DNA from: an uncultured Chloroflexia bacterium
GTDB lineage: Bacteria > Chloroflexota > Limnocylindria > Limnocylindrales > CSP1-4
Assembly (NCBI GenBank): GCA_963749705.1
Contig: CAVVNQ010000008.1
Location: 32,001-96,000, forward strand
DNA: 64,000 nucleotides
Direction of reading: 5' to 3'
The notes beneath the pieces are model-generated. The model ran no database searches and was not told the origin of the DNA. It worked only from the letters and a program-made list of their open reading frames with translations. Of the stretch, positions 1 to 9,824 are shown one piece after another; position 1 is the stretch's first letter; every line of letters begins with the position of its first letter. Made by a program: the position numbers and the translations under genes.

Positions 1-813
1 GTACGTCAACGATCCACGCAGCGCGAGTTGACGCCGGACGAGGGTCTGCGCGGAAAGCTCGAATGGTGCTGCCTCCAGGCCGAGAACGAGGATCGTCCCG
101 CCGATGGCCGCGTGGCGCACGCCGAGCTCGATCGACGTGGGGGTGCCCACCGTGTCGACCACCAGCTCGACCGATGCTTCGGCGTCCTGCGACAGGACGC
201 GCGCGCCAAGAGCGGCCGCATGCGCCAACCGCCCCGGGCTGATGTCGTGGGCGAGGACCGGGACTCCGCGCGCGGTCAGGGAAAGGACCATCTGGAGGCC
301 CTGGGAGCCAACCCCGATCACGAGTGCCGCCGCGGGGAGGGGGTGCCCGAGCCGGCGCAGAGCCGCCTCGACCACGGCCAGTGGCTCGACGCAGACAAGG
401 TCGCGTTCGGTCGACCCTGGCAAGGCCCAGGCGTTGGCGCTCGGGATCACGAGCTTCTCGGCAAGTGCACCGGGCCGGTTCATGCCCACGGACTGGCGCC
501 GGGAGCAGGCCGACGTGCGACCGCGGGCACACTGCGGACAGTCGAGGCAGGGAACATTCGGCTCGACCACGACGACCTCACCGATCCGGTCAGTCGAGAT
601 TCCGTCGCCCACGGCGTCGATTCGCCCGAACGCCTCGTGGCCCTGAATCCATGGGTACGTCGGAGCGGTCCACTTGCCGGAGAAGACGCTGAGATCCGAG
701 CCGCACAGACCGACCCCGCCGACCGCAATTCGGACCTCGCCCGGCCCCGGGTCCGGCTCGGCCACATCATGGATCTCGATTTGGCCCGGCTTGATCAGCA
801 GTGCTGCCCTCAC
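1..813 (-). CDS. Zn-dependent alcohol dehydrogenase (MDR family), 3' end outside window
   Basis: Absent from ORF track (no stop in window). Manual translation from GTG 813: VRAALLIKPGQIEIHDVAEPDPGPGEVRIAVGGVGLCGSD...GHE...CLDCPQCARGRTSAC...GVGSQG, i.e. catalytic Zn (CGSD, GHE), structural Zn (4 Cys) and Rossmann motifs. Confidence 0.9.
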   Translation of the reverse strand, partial: MRAALLIKPGQIEIHDVAEPDPGPGEVRIAVGGVGLCGSDLSVFSGKWTAPTYPWIQGHEAFGRIDAVGDGISTDRIGEVVVVEPNVPCLDCPQCARGRTSACSRRQSVGMNRPGALAEKLVIPSANAWALPGSTERDLVCVEPLAVVEAALRRLGHPLPAAALVIGVGSQGLQMVLSLTARGVPVLAHDISPGRLAHAAALGARVLSQDAEASVELVVDTVGTPTSIELGVRHAAIGGTILVLGLEAAPFELSAQTLVRRQLALRGSLTY

Positions 814-895
814 GATCGACGCTCCGGGTCGCGGCGACCGGCCGTTTCGTCCATGTGCGCCGACGCCTCACCCCCTGGGATGCGTCGCAGGTTCC

Positions 896-1948
896 TCATG
901 TCGGTTCCTCCGTGATACCGGACGTGTTCTCATCGCCGACGTGGTCGCGGCGGATCCCCGCCGCGACCACGGATGGCTCGAGCAGTCGGCTCGGGTTCAG
1001 CACGAGCATTTGGTGGATCTCTGCCTCGGATGCTCCGCCCTGGCGCAGCATCGGCAACACGCGACGGGGGATGTCCTCCATGTTCCAGTGCGGAGCCGCT
1101 CCGGCCCGCCAGGATGGCGGCGTCACGTGGCTGAAGAATGCGGCGTCGTGCGACAGGATCATGCGATCGGCATAGCCGAGGCGGAGCAGGGCGAGCACGG
1201 TCGCGACGCGACGGTCGTCGGGCAGCACATGCTCCATTCCGAAGCGGTCCATGCCGATCGTCGAGCCGCGATCCATCATCTCCCGCAGGTAGGCAATGTC
1301 CTCGGTGTCGCCCGAGTGCCCGATGATCACCCGGTCGAGGTGCACGCCATGCTTGCGCAGGAAGGTCTGCTGGACCAGTCCTGTCCGGGTCGCCGGATAC
1401 GAGTGGGTCGTGATCGGCACCCCGGTCTGCTGGTGCGCGATCGCCGCAGCGGTCATCACCCGCGTGACGTCGTCTGTCATGCCGGGCTCGTCGGTCACGA
1501 TCTTGAGCATGCCCGCCCGGATCCCGGTGCCACCGATCCCGACCTCGATGTCACGCACGAAGAGGTCGACCAGCGGATCCGGTCCGGCGATCGGGCGACC
1601 AGGACCGTGGAAGCGGTAGTAGAGCGGGAGCGCCGCGGGCGCATAGAAGCCGGTCGAGGCGATCAGGTTGATGGGGACCCGATGCGCAACCTCCGAGACA
1701 AGATGAACATCGCGCCCCAGACCGGGCACCGTGAGGTCCACGACGGACCGGATGCCAAGCGCATGAAGTTCGGCCAAGCCCCGCACCGCTCGCTCCACGG
1801 CCTCGGCTTCGTTCCATTCGGAGCTCGCCCGGTCCAGCTCCAGCTCGAGGTCCCGCACGAACACGTGCTCGTGCAGCAGGGTGATCCCAAGCTGGTCCCG
1901 CGGCAGGGGCCCGGCATACGTCTGGACGCGTCGCACGGCTCGGCTCAC
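896..1948 (-). CDS. Phosphotriesterase-like lactonase / amidohydrolase (PTE/PHP family)
   Basis: LGITLLHEHVF, DLTVPGLGRD, ASTGFY, GMLKI, ITTHS, IGHSGD, GMDRFG, LSHD motifs; likely GTG start at 1948 inside ORF 896..2380. Confidence 0.9.
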   Translation of the reverse strand: MSRAVRRVQTYAGPLPRDQLGITLLHEHVFVRDLELELDRASSEWNEAEAVERAVRGLAELHALGIRSVVDLTVPGLGRDVHLVSEVAHRVPINLIASTGFYAPAALPLYYRFHGPGRPIAGPDPLVDLFVRDIEVGIGGTGIRAGMLKIVTDEPGMTDDVTRVMTAAAIAHQQTGVPITTHSYPATRTGLVQQTFLRKHGVHLDRVIIGHSGDTEDIAYLREMMDRGSTIGMDRFGMEHVLPDDRRVATVLALLRLGYADRMILSHDAAFFSHVTPPSWRAGAAPHWNMEDIPRRVLPMLRQGGASEAEIHQMLVLNPSRLLEPSVVAAGIRRDHVGDENTSGITEEPT

Positions 1949-1971
1949 CCTCGGCTCATCGATCGCTCGCT

Positions 1972-3240
1972 CTACTCCCGGGACGGGGCGACGCCCTCGA
2001 AGTGGCCATCGCGCCCGGCGGCCGGGACGGCCGCGACCTGATCCGGCGGGGACGCGCCGATCCGCTCGCGGATCGCGTCCGTGTCGGCACCCAGCGGCCT
2101 CGCCAGATACGGGACGCGGCCCGGAGTCCGGGACAGCTTGGGCACCACGCCGGGAACCAGCAACGGCCTGTCTAAACGCTCGTCCTCGACGGCGACGATC
2201 ATGTCGCGTGCCTGGAATTGCGCGTCGGCAACGATGTCCGCGATGCTGTTGATCCGGCTGACGGGCACCTGGTGGTCTCGCAGTTTGGCCACCACTTCGT
2301 CGGCGGTCTGTGTCCTGGTCCATGAGGAGATCAGGTCGTCGAGCTCGTCCGCGCGGTGGACGCGACCCTTGTTCTTCCACAGGTCAGGGTCGTCTGCGTG
2401 GTCCGGCCGGCCGATGACCCGGAACAGCGTCCGGAACAGCGGCGTGGTGTTGGCTGCGATGCACACGAACGCGCCGTCCGCACACGCATAGGCGTTGGTT
2501 GGAGCGGAGTTGTGGGCGATGTTGCCGGTCCGTTCACGAACCAGGCCGTGGTAGCCGTACTCGGGGAGGATCCCCTCCAGCAGGCTGAACAGGGATTCCG
2601 TGAGTGCCACGTCCACGACCTGCCCGCGACCGGACGCGTGCCGTTCATGCAGCGCGATGAGCGCTCCGATGAGGGCATGCATCGAGGCGATCGAGTCCCC
2701 CAGGCTGAGTCCGACCCGGGTCGGCGGGCGATCCGGCTCGCCGGTGATGTAGCGCAGGCCTCCAGCCGCCTCAGCGACCGCGCCGAACCCGGGCTGCTCG
2801 TGGAGCGGGCCCGTCTGGCCATATCCGGAGATCCTGACCACGATCAACGAGGGATTGTGCGCCATGAGATCGGCGGGATCGAGGTTCCACCGTTCCAGCC
2901 GACCCGGCCGGAAGTTCTCGATCAGGATGTCGCTCTCCGCGGCCAGCCGTCGGACGAGCTCCTGGTCGCGCGGATCGTGGAGGTCCGCGGCGACCGAGCG
3001 CTTTCCGCGCGACTGCACCAGGTGCCACAACGAGTCGGTCCCGTCCCAGCTCCTGCCCCACTTGCGCATCGGATCGCCGTGCGCCGGGTGCTCGATCTTG
3101 ATGACCTCGGCACCGAAGTCGGCAAGCCACCGCCCGGCAAACGGTCCGGCGATGAGCGTGCCCAACTCGAGGACGCGCAGGCCTGCAAGCGGTCCCGGTG
3201 CCGCGCGAGGTGACATCAGCGGTTCCGAATTATAGGACAT
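1972..3240 (-). CDS. CoA-transferase family III (CaiB/BaiF)
   Basis: GPLAGLRVLELG..IAGPFAG..LADFGAEVIKIEHP..GDPMR, ENFRPG, ISGYGQTGP; start at 3240 (leaderless) or 3216. Confidence 0.93.
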   Translation of the reverse strand: MSYNSEPLMSPRAAPGPLAGLRVLELGTLIAGPFAGRWLADFGAEVIKIEHPAHGDPMRKWGRSWDGTDSLWHLVQSRGKRSVAADLHDPRDQELVRRLAAESDILIENFRPGRLERWNLDPADLMAHNPSLIVVRISGYGQTGPLHEQPGFGAVAEAAGGLRYITGEPDRPPTRVGLSLGDSIASMHALIGALIALHERHASGRGQVVDVALTESLFSLLEGILPEYGYHGLVRERTGNIAHNSAPTNAYACADGAFVCIAANTTPLFRTLFRVIGRPDHADDPDLWKNKGRVHRADELDDLISSWTRTQTADEVVAKLRDHQVPVSRINSIADIVADAQFQARDMIVAVEDERLDRPLLVPGVVPKLSRTPGRVPYLARPLGADTDAIRERIGASPPDQVAAVPAAGRDGHFEGVAPSRE

Positions 3241-3275
3241 GAGCCCACTATATTGGACGACCCATCGCGGGTCAA
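3222..3275 (-). promoter_or_regulatory. Sigma70-type promoter with overlapping double operator
   Basis: Minus strand TTGACC (3275-3270), 17 bp, TATAGT (3252-3247); GTTCCGAATTATAGGAC / GCCCACTATATTGGAC at 3222-3258. Confidence 0.7.
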
Positions 3276-3368
3276 TGACCGCCGACAAGGCCGGTGGGAC
3301 GGTCTCGCCCGCGGTCACCGACCACGCATATGCACACACGCGGGATCGCGCCACGGGCGCACTTCCGA

Positions 3369-3740
3369 CTACGTCTTGGGCAGCGCGGCCTGGGGCGTAT
3401 AGACCCACATCAGCTTGAGCGGCTCGGTCCCGGTGTTGCGGTGCTGGTGGTACACGCCCTTTGGAACCCACATCGCAGCGCCTGGTCCGAAGGTGGCCTC
3501 CTCGCCCTCGGACACGACGAGCCCGGAGCCGCCGATCACGAGGTTGATCTCCTCGGATTCGGGATGCACGTGATACGAGCTCGACTCGCCCGGCTCAAAG
3601 ACCGTGATTCCCGCCATGAACTCCTCGGAGCCCGTATCGGGCGACACGAACCGGAATACCTTGCGGCGCATCCCCGGCTCGTCGAGCCCGATCCAGATCT
3701 CCTCGGAATCCTCGAATGGCGAGATCAGCCGTACCTTCAT
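3369..3740 (-). CDS. Cupin domain protein
   Basis: FEPGESSSYHVHPESEEINLVIGGSG...WVPKGVYHQHRNTG cupin motifs 1 and 2. Confidence 0.9.
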   Translation of the reverse strand: MKVRLISPFEDSEEIWIGLDEPGMRRKVFRFVSPDTGSEEFMAGITVFEPGESSSYHVHPESEEINLVIGGSGLVVSEGEEATFGPGAAMWVPKGVYHQHRNTGTEPLKLMWVYTPQAALPKT

Positions 3741-4558
3741 CGGTCCCTCTCCTCTCCGTTGGCTCTGAGTACCGGGACGCCGTCATAGAGCGCTGCTGTC
3801 GGGTCGATGAGGCGCATCGGCCGCTCGCGAGCGCGCTCCTCGACGATGTGCGCGGCGAGGCCGAAGCTCCTCGCGATCGCAAACACGAAGTCACCGTAGG
3901 CCGGGTCGAGGCGCAGCGCCGTGAGCGCGACGGCAAGTCCGCCGTCGATGTTGACCGCGACGGGATGCTCGACGTACCGGGCCAGACGGCTAGCGAGCGC
4001 TCGGACGGCCGCCACCGGCGCGCCGCCGGCGAACTCCGCGGCAACGTCAAGGAGTCGCTCGGCCCGCAGGTCATGCTCGTGCCAACGATGCCCGACCCCC
4101 GGGAGGCGCCGCCCGACATCGCGCTCAGCCCGGAAGACCTCGTCGGCCCAGGCCTCCAGATCCCCCGCGGAAGGGGCCGTGGCGATGATCTGCATGGCTC
4201 GCGTGACGACGGCCCCATGCAGCTCGCCGAACGACAGGATCCCGCCCGCGAGGGCGCTCATCGGCGCCGCGCGAGTGGAGGCAATGGTTCGAGCGACGAG
4301 CGCCGATGGGGCCAGCGGTCCGTGATCGATGGCCGCCACGAGGGCGGCACCCATCAGCTCGGCCTCGGCCGCGCTCGCCTCCTCCCCGCCACGCCACAGT
4401 CGCAGGAGCATGGCCGGAAATGACTCGCGGCCGATCGCCTGGTCGAGGGCGACGCCTCGCACGAAGACCTGCCGGTCGGTCGTCGCGGTGATCGCTGTCG
4501 ACCACGATGTCGCGCGCGAGCCCTGGCCCGCGCCCGTCCCCTCATGAACCTTCGTCAT
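3737..4558 (-). CDS. Citryl-CoA lyase / citrate synthase-like protein
   Basis: WSTAIT..VFVRG, AIDHGPLAPS, FGELHGA, RLPGVGHR, AVNIDG, ARSFGLAAHIVEE; GGAG before ATG 4558 (alternative start 4621). Confidence 0.82.
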   Translation of the reverse strand: MTKVHEGTGAGQGSRATSWSTAITATTDRQVFVRGVALDQAIGRESFPAMLLRLWRGGEEASAAEAELMGAALVAAIDHGPLAPSALVARTIASTRAAPMSALAGGILSFGELHGAVVTRAMQIIATAPSAGDLEAWADEVFRAERDVGRRLPGVGHRWHEHDLRAERLLDVAAEFAGGAPVAAVRALASRLARYVEHPVAVNIDGGLAVALTALRLDPAYGDFVFAIARSFGLAAHIVEERARERPMRLIDPTAALYDGVPVLRANGEERDR

Positions 4559-4654
4559 TCGAGCTCCGTCCTCGTCCTTCAGATAGCAATCGCCAGCGGC
4601 AAGACGCGTTTCGTTGGCCATTGCCCGTCGCCGGCGTGATGTGGGCCACGATCG

Positions 4655-6364
4655 TCAGCCTTGGGCGACCTGGTAGATCCGCTCGATGTCCCACTCCCCT
4701 GGCGTCATGACTGGCGTGTTGCGCATGGGCACGTCGATGACGGTGGGTCGTCCGGTGGCGGCTGCGGCGCGCAACGCCGGCTCCAGCTCGTCCGCCTCCT
4801 CGATCCTGATTCCATCCGCGCCGCAGGCACGCGCGATCGCCGCGAAGTCTGGCGAATACGGCAATTCATCGGCCACGAACTCACACCCGAAACCGGACCC
4901 GTAGTGCTTTCGTTCAAGCCCTGCGATCGTCCCGAATGCGGCGTTGTTCATCACCACCCAGATGGGGGCGATCCCCATCTCCACCGCCGTCGCGATCACG
5001 CTCGGGTTGGAGCCGAAGGCCCCGTCCCCGACGAGGGCGATCGCAGGGCGGCCTGTTCCGGCCTGAACGACACCCAGCACGGCCGCCGGCCCGAACCCCA
5101 TCGTGGAGAACCCGCCTGGGGTCAGGAACGAGTCCGGATCGTCCACGGGGTACTGCTGGGCGACGCCGTTCTTGTTCCAGCCGACATCGGTGACCAGAAT
5201 GGCATCGGGGATCGCCCGTCGGACATCGGCGAGGATCCGCTCGGGCAGCACGGGCATCTCGCTCGACCGCGCATTCGCGGCGCTGGGGGCAAGGAACGCC
5301 TCTCGCTCGCGACCCAGCTGGCCCCAGTCGTATCCGCGATCCGGCGTGGCGCTCCCATACGCGTCCGCGATGGCCTCAAGGGCGAGCGCCGCATCCGCGG
5401 TCGCGGAGATCACCGTGGGATAGTTCCGGCCCGGCTCCTGGGGATCCAGGTCGACATGGATGAGGCGCGTGGGCGGAATGCTGAACGTGACCCCTGGTTC
5501 CCAGCTGCTGCTGTCCGTCTCGGGGAACCGGGTACCCACGGCCAGGATCACATCCGCTTCCGATGCCAGCCGGTTGGCGGTCGGCGACCCCCAGAAGCCG
5601 ATGATCCCGAGGAGCTGGGGGTGGCCGGGCGGGAGGATTCCCGTGCCCATAAGGGAGTGTGCGACGGGCATGCCGGTCAGCTCCGCAAGCCGTCGGACCT
5701 GGCGGGCGGCTCGACGGGTCCCGCCGCCGGCCAACATGAGCGGTCGCGCGGCCCCCCGCAGCTCCGAGGCGATCGCGCCGGCCGTGGCCGCACTGATGGT
5801 CGGCCTGGATACCGGCGACGACGGCACGATCTCGGCCTCGAGGGCCTCGGCGAGGATGTCCATCGGCACGGAGACGAGCACGGGTCCGGGCCGGCCGGCG
5901 AGGGCCGTGTCCCATGCGCGAGCCAGGACGCGCGGCACCTGATCCGAGCGGCGAACCCGCCACGCTCGCTTGACGAACGGCTCGTAGATCGAGGTCTGGT
6001 CCGCGTCGCGCCGGGCATTGAACTCCTGGTGCGGCCCCCGACCCTCGTAGTAGGACGGCACGTCGCCAGCAATCACGAGCAACGGGACCGAGTCGAACGC
6101 GGCAGTCGCCACCCCGGTGGTGGCATTCGTGATTCCGGGTCCGACGTGGAGGAGCACCACGCCGGGCCGGCCCGTCGCGCGCGCGAAGCCATCGGCCGCG
6201 TGGGCGGCAACCTGCTCGTGGCGCGCCGTAATGAACCGCGGGGCTCCGCGGCGCGCGAAGGCCGCGAGGAGCGAGATGTTCGTGTGGCCGCAGAGGCCGA
6301 AGACCTGCTCCACCCCGCGATCGACCAGGAACGAGGTGATGTGGTCTGCGACCGTCGGTTTCAT
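4655..6364 (-). CDS. Thiamine diphosphate-dependent enzyme (ALS/glyoxylate carboligase/Xsc superfamily)
   Basis: RHEQVAAHAADGFAR, GPGITN, FSTMGFG, GDGAF...NN ThDP motif; GGAGG RBS before ATG 6364. Confidence 0.92.
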   Translation of the reverse strand: MKPTVADHITSFLVDRGVEQVFGLCGHTNISLLAAFARRGAPRFITARHEQVAAHAADGFARATGRPGVVLLHVGPGITNATTGVATAAFDSVPLLVIAGDVPSYYEGRGPHQEFNARRDADQTSIYEPFVKRAWRVRRSDQVPRVLARAWDTALAGRPGPVLVSVPMDILAEALEAEIVPSSPVSRPTISAATAGAIASELRGAARPLMLAGGGTRRAARQVRRLAELTGMPVAHSLMGTGILPPGHPQLLGIIGFWGSPTANRLASEADVILAVGTRFPETDSSSWEPGVTFSIPPTRLIHVDLDPQEPGRNYPTVISATADAALALEAIADAYGSATPDRGYDWGQLGREREAFLAPSAANARSSEMPVLPERILADVRRAIPDAILVTDVGWNKNGVAQQYPVDDPDSFLTPGGFSTMGFGPAAVLGVVQAGTGRPAIALVGDGAFGSNPSVIATAVEMGIAPIWVVMNNAAFGTIAGLERKHYGSGFGCEFVADELPYSPDFAAIARACGADGIRIEEADELEPALRAAAATGRPTVIDVPMRNTPVMTPGEWDIERIYQVAQG

Positions 6365-6408
6365 GTGGTCCTCCCGAGCGTGGAACGATACGGCCACGGC
6401 GACGGCGC

Positions 6409-6568
6409 GTTCCGAATAGCGGGATCACGTCCGACATGTAGGAACGTAAGCCGCTCCCTGCGGCGATGTCAAGTGCCTCGGAGAATTGGTTTGACACGCC
6501 TATCGGCCGGGCCTAGTCTGCGTTCCGGGCGTTCCGAAATACGGTTCTGCGGTACACAATACTGGAAC
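6409..6568. promoter_or_regulatory. Divergent promoters, each with a double operator
   Basis: Plus TTGACA 6491-6496, 17 bp, TAGTCT 6514-6519; minus TTGACA 6472-6467 with TACGTT 6448-6443; GTTCC...GGAAC blocks at 6409-6445 and 6531-6568. Confidence 0.72.
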
Positions 6569-6618
6569 ACGAAGCGCTTGGCCCGCCATGGCCGAGCGAC
6601 CAGCGCAGGAGATCAAGA

Positions 6619-8025
6619 ATGGCGCGACCGATCACTCCGGATGAGACCGCCCACGTCGATGACCTGGTCGCCCGCGGACGGGCGGCCATGGATGCGTTCG
6701 AGGGTGCCACCCAGGAGCAGGTTGATCGGCTCTGCCAGGCGATCGCATGGGCCGTCGCCAACGAGGTCACGTTCAAGCGCCTGGCCCTGATGGGCGTCGA
6801 GGAGAGCGGGATCGGCGATCCGGAGAGCCGCATCGGGAAGCGCTTCAAGGTAATGGGCATCCTGCGCGACGTCCTTCGCCAGAAGAGCGTGGGCGTCATC
6901 GAAGATGTGCCCGAAAAGGGCATCGTCAAGTACGCCAAGCCGGCCGGCCTCATCGCGTCGCTGGTACCCACGACCAACCCCGAGCTCACGCCGCCCGGCG
7001 TCGCGCTATTCGCGATCAAGTGCCGGGACGCCGTCGTGTTCTCCCCGCATCCTCGCAGCAAGCGGACGACGCAGGAGACCGTCGAGATCATGCGGCGCGC
7101 GCTCGCGCGCGAGGGTGCGCCCGCGGACCTACTGCAATGCCTCGAGCGTCCGAGCATTCCGGCGGCACAGTACCTGATGACCCAGGCCGACCTCGTCCAG
7201 GCGACCGGCGGACGGGACATGGTCAAGGCTGCCTACAGCTCGGGCACGCCGGCATACGGTGTCGGTGCCGGCAACTCGACGATGGTCATCGACGAGACCG
7301 CGGACGTCGCGGAGGCGGCGCGCAACACGCAAATCAGCAAGCTGTCCGACTACGGCTCCGGCTGCTCGGCCGACGGAAACCTGGTCGTCGAGGCGTCCAT
7401 CTACGACGGTCTACGGGCAAAGCTGGTCGAGGAGGGCGGACACCTCGCGACCGCAGATGAGACCGAGCTCCTCCGGGCGGCGCTGTGGGATGCCGAGGGG
7501 CACCGGACACCCGACACCATCGCGATCTCGGCGCAGGTCCTCGCGGCGCGGGCAGGGTTCGAGGTCCCGGCGGATCGGCGGTTCTTCGTCGTCGAGCAGA
7601 CCGAGATCGGCCGACGCAACGTGTTCAGCTCGGAGAAGCTGGGCGTGGTGCTGTCGTTGTTCCGGTACTCCGGGTTCGACCGGGCGCTCGACATGGTCAA
7701 GGCCATCTACGACGTCGGCGGCAAGGGCCATTCGTGCGGCATCTACTCGTTCGACGACGATCACATCGACCGGCTGGCCCGGATCGCCCCCGTAAGCCGG
7801 ATCATGGTCCGCCAGCCGCAGTCCAAGGCGAATGCAGGCGCGTTCAATAACGGGATGCCGATGACCTCCAGCCTGGGCTGCGGGACCTGGGGTGGCAACG
7901 TGACGTCCGAGAACATCCACCTCAAGCACTACATGAACGTGACCTGGGTCGCTCGGCCGATCGCAGAGGATCGGCCGAGCGACCAGGCGCTGTTCGGTGA
8001 GTTCTACGGGACACCGGTGGACTGA
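6619..8025 (+). CDS. CoA-acylating aldehyde dehydrogenase (SauS/AdhE-N-like)
   Basis: PTTNP, SPHP, ATGG..MVKAAYSSGTPAYGVGAGN, catalytic C in SGCS, EKLG, SSLGCGTWGGN. Confidence 0.88.
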   Translation: MARPITPDETAHVDDLVARGRAAMDAFEGATQEQVDRLCQAIAWAVANEVTFKRLALMGVEESGIGDPESRIGKRFKVMGILRDVLRQKSVGVIEDVPEKGIVKYAKPAGLIASLVPTTNPELTPPGVALFAIKCRDAVVFSPHPRSKRTTQETVEIMRRALAREGAPADLLQCLERPSIPAAQYLMTQADLVQATGGRDMVKAAYSSGTPAYGVGAGNSTMVIDETADVAEAARNTQISKLSDYGSGCSADGNLVVEASIYDGLRAKLVEEGGHLATADETELLRAALWDAEGHRTPDTIAISAQVLAARAGFEVPADRRFFVVEQTEIGRRNVFSSEKLGVVLSLFRYSGFDRALDMVKAIYDVGGKGHSCGIYSFDDDHIDRLARIAPVSRIMVRQPQSKANAGAFNNGMPMTSSLGCGTWGGNVTSENIHLKHYMNVTWVARPIAEDRPSDQALFGEFYGTPVD

Positions 8026-8071
8026 GCTGTCGGCACAGCGCGGCCGGCATCGCGTCGATGCCCGAGGCGAT

Positions 8072-9007
8072 GTGAGCGGCGAGGACGCGCCTCGGGCGCC
8101 GATCGTGCGTCCCCCAATGATCTACCTCGTGGGGCTGGCCACCGTGCTGGCGCTCGGCCTCAACTGGCCGATCATGGCCCGGGGTATCGAATCGATCGCA
8201 CCGCTGTGGTTGACGGTGATCCGGTTACTCGGCGCCGGCACGATGGTCGCGGTCGTGCTGGCAGTGACGAGTGGCCTTCGGGTCCCGACGCGACAGGACT
8301 ACCCGGTAGTCGCATCCGTGGCTGGCATCCGGCTGGCGCTCGTCTACGGGCTCGTGTTCTCTGCACTGCTGCTCGTGCCGCCGGGACGCTCGTCGATGCT
8401 CGTCCACACCAGCGGGATGTGGGCCGGGCCCATCGGCGCTTGGTTCCTCCGCGAGCACCTGTCCGGCAGCAAAATCACCGGGCTCCTGATCGGCATGGTC
8501 GGCATCGTGCTGCTGATGGAGCCCTGGGGACTCGAGACCGGGAGCGATGCTCCCATCGGGTATGGAATGCTCCTCGTCGCTGCCGTGGCGACTGCGGCCG
8601 CGAATGTGCACGTCCGCGGTCACCGCTGGGCGTCCACGCCGCTGGCGCTCATGCCCTGGCAGCTGTTCGCGGCCGGTCTCCTCATGGCGCCCATCGCGTT
8701 CGCCGTCAACGGGCCACCGGAGCTGGCGCTCCGTGCGGACGAGCTGTTCATCGTGGGGTACCAGGTGATCATCGCCAGCGGGTTCGGCGTGTGGGGCATC
8801 CTGACCCTTGCCAGGAGCCTGCCCGCGGTGTCGTCAGGCGCAATGTTCATGGCCGTCCCGGCGATCGGCGTTGGCAGCTCGATTGTGCTCGCCGGGGAGG
8901 TCATCACGCCGGGCGTGCTCGCCGGCATCCCGCTCGTGTTCGCGGGTGTGTGGGCGGTGATCGCCTCGGATCGCCGCCGCCCGGCAGAACCGATCGGGAC
9001 GGGCTGA
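8072..9007 (+). CDS. DMT/EamA family transporter
   Basis: About 10 hydrophobic segments; GLNWP, PLW...RL, FLREHLS duplicated EamA pattern; start uncertain (GTG 8072 or ATG 8117). Confidence 0.85.
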   Translation: MSGEDAPRAPIVRPPMIYLVGLATVLALGLNWPIMARGIESIAPLWLTVIRLLGAGTMVAVVLAVTSGLRVPTRQDYPVVASVAGIRLALVYGLVFSALLLVPPGRSSMLVHTSGMWAGPIGAWFLREHLSGSKITGLLIGMVGIVLLMEPWGLETGSDAPIGYGMLLVAAVATAAANVHVRGHRWASTPLALMPWQLFAAGLLMAPIAFAVNGPPELALRADELFIVGYQVIIASGFGVWGILTLARSLPAVSSGAMFMAVPAIGVGSSIVLAGEVITPGVLAGIPLVFAGVWAVIASDRRRPAEPIGTG

Positions 9008-9013
9008 TGGCAC

Positions 9014-9754
9014 TCAGCTCCGTCCGAGTAGCCGACTGATCTCCGCGGCGCCAGCCTCGAGTGGCTTGCGCATCGTGTCCAGGCGTTCCTCGTTCAGCCT
9101 GGAGGTGGGACCGGAGATGCACAGGGCCGCAACGACGCGGGCCCGCGAGTCGGTGATCGGCGTAGCAGCCGCCGCGACCCCGTTCTCTCGCTCGCCGATG
9201 GATGTTGCCCAGCGCTCGCTCCGGATCTGCTCCAGCTGGTCTGCGATGCGCTCCGCCGGCGCGTTCGGGAAGACGGTCGGGTCGGTTCGTGCGCGTCGCA
9301 GCTCGAGACGCTGTATGTCCTCATCGGCGAAGGCCAGAAGAAGCTTGCCAGCGGCGCCGGCGCGCAGCGGCAACGGGCGCCCCAGTTGGATGAACGGGCG
9401 AAGCTCGTATCGCGCCTCGACCGCCGCGATGCAAACCCGTGTGTCGCGCTCGCGGACGTACAGGTGAACGCTCTCGCCCACCTCATCGCGAACCTGGCGC
9501 ATCGCCGGTTCCGCGATGGCACGCAGGTCAAAGGTCTCGGCGGCCGCCTCGCCCCAGTACAGGAGTCGAGGTCCCAGGGAGTAGCGACCGTCTTCGGTAC
9601 GGCGCACGATCCCGAGGACCGCCAGCTCCCCGAGGAGTCGGTGCGTCGACGATTTCGGCATGTCGAGTGCGGAACGAACGTAAGCGAGCGACACCGGCCC
9701 CCCCGCCTGCCCGAGGGCGTCGATCAGGTCGCTTGCCTTCTCGAGAACCGACAT
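9014..9754 (-). CDS. IclR family transcriptional regulator
   Basis: HTH MPKSSTHRLL..L, YSLGPRL, VGESVHL, GAAGKLLLAF, AAATPI, ALCISGP. Confidence 0.95.
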   Translation of the reverse strand: MSVLEKASDLIDALGQAGGPVSLAYVRSALDMPKSSTHRLLGELAVLGIVRRTEDGRYSLGPRLLYWGEAAAETFDLRAIAEPAMRQVRDEVGESVHLYVRERDTRVCIAAVEARYELRPFIQLGRPLPLRAGAAGKLLLAFADEDIQRLELRRARTDPTVFPNAPAERIADQLEQIRSERWATSIGERENGVAAAATPITDSRARVVAALCISGPTSRLNEERLDTMRKPLEAGAAEISRLLGRS

Positions 9755-9824
9755 CTAACCCCTCAATCCCGATGTGGCCATCGAACGTATCGGCCGCGTT
9801 GCCGTGGCTCCGCCCCATCATGCG

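Noticed and set aside
6619-8025. Firm call as sulfoacetaldehyde dehydrogenase SauS
   Set aside because: Family resemblance only; no clear sauT, sauU, tauE or pta context, so the substrate is unassigned.
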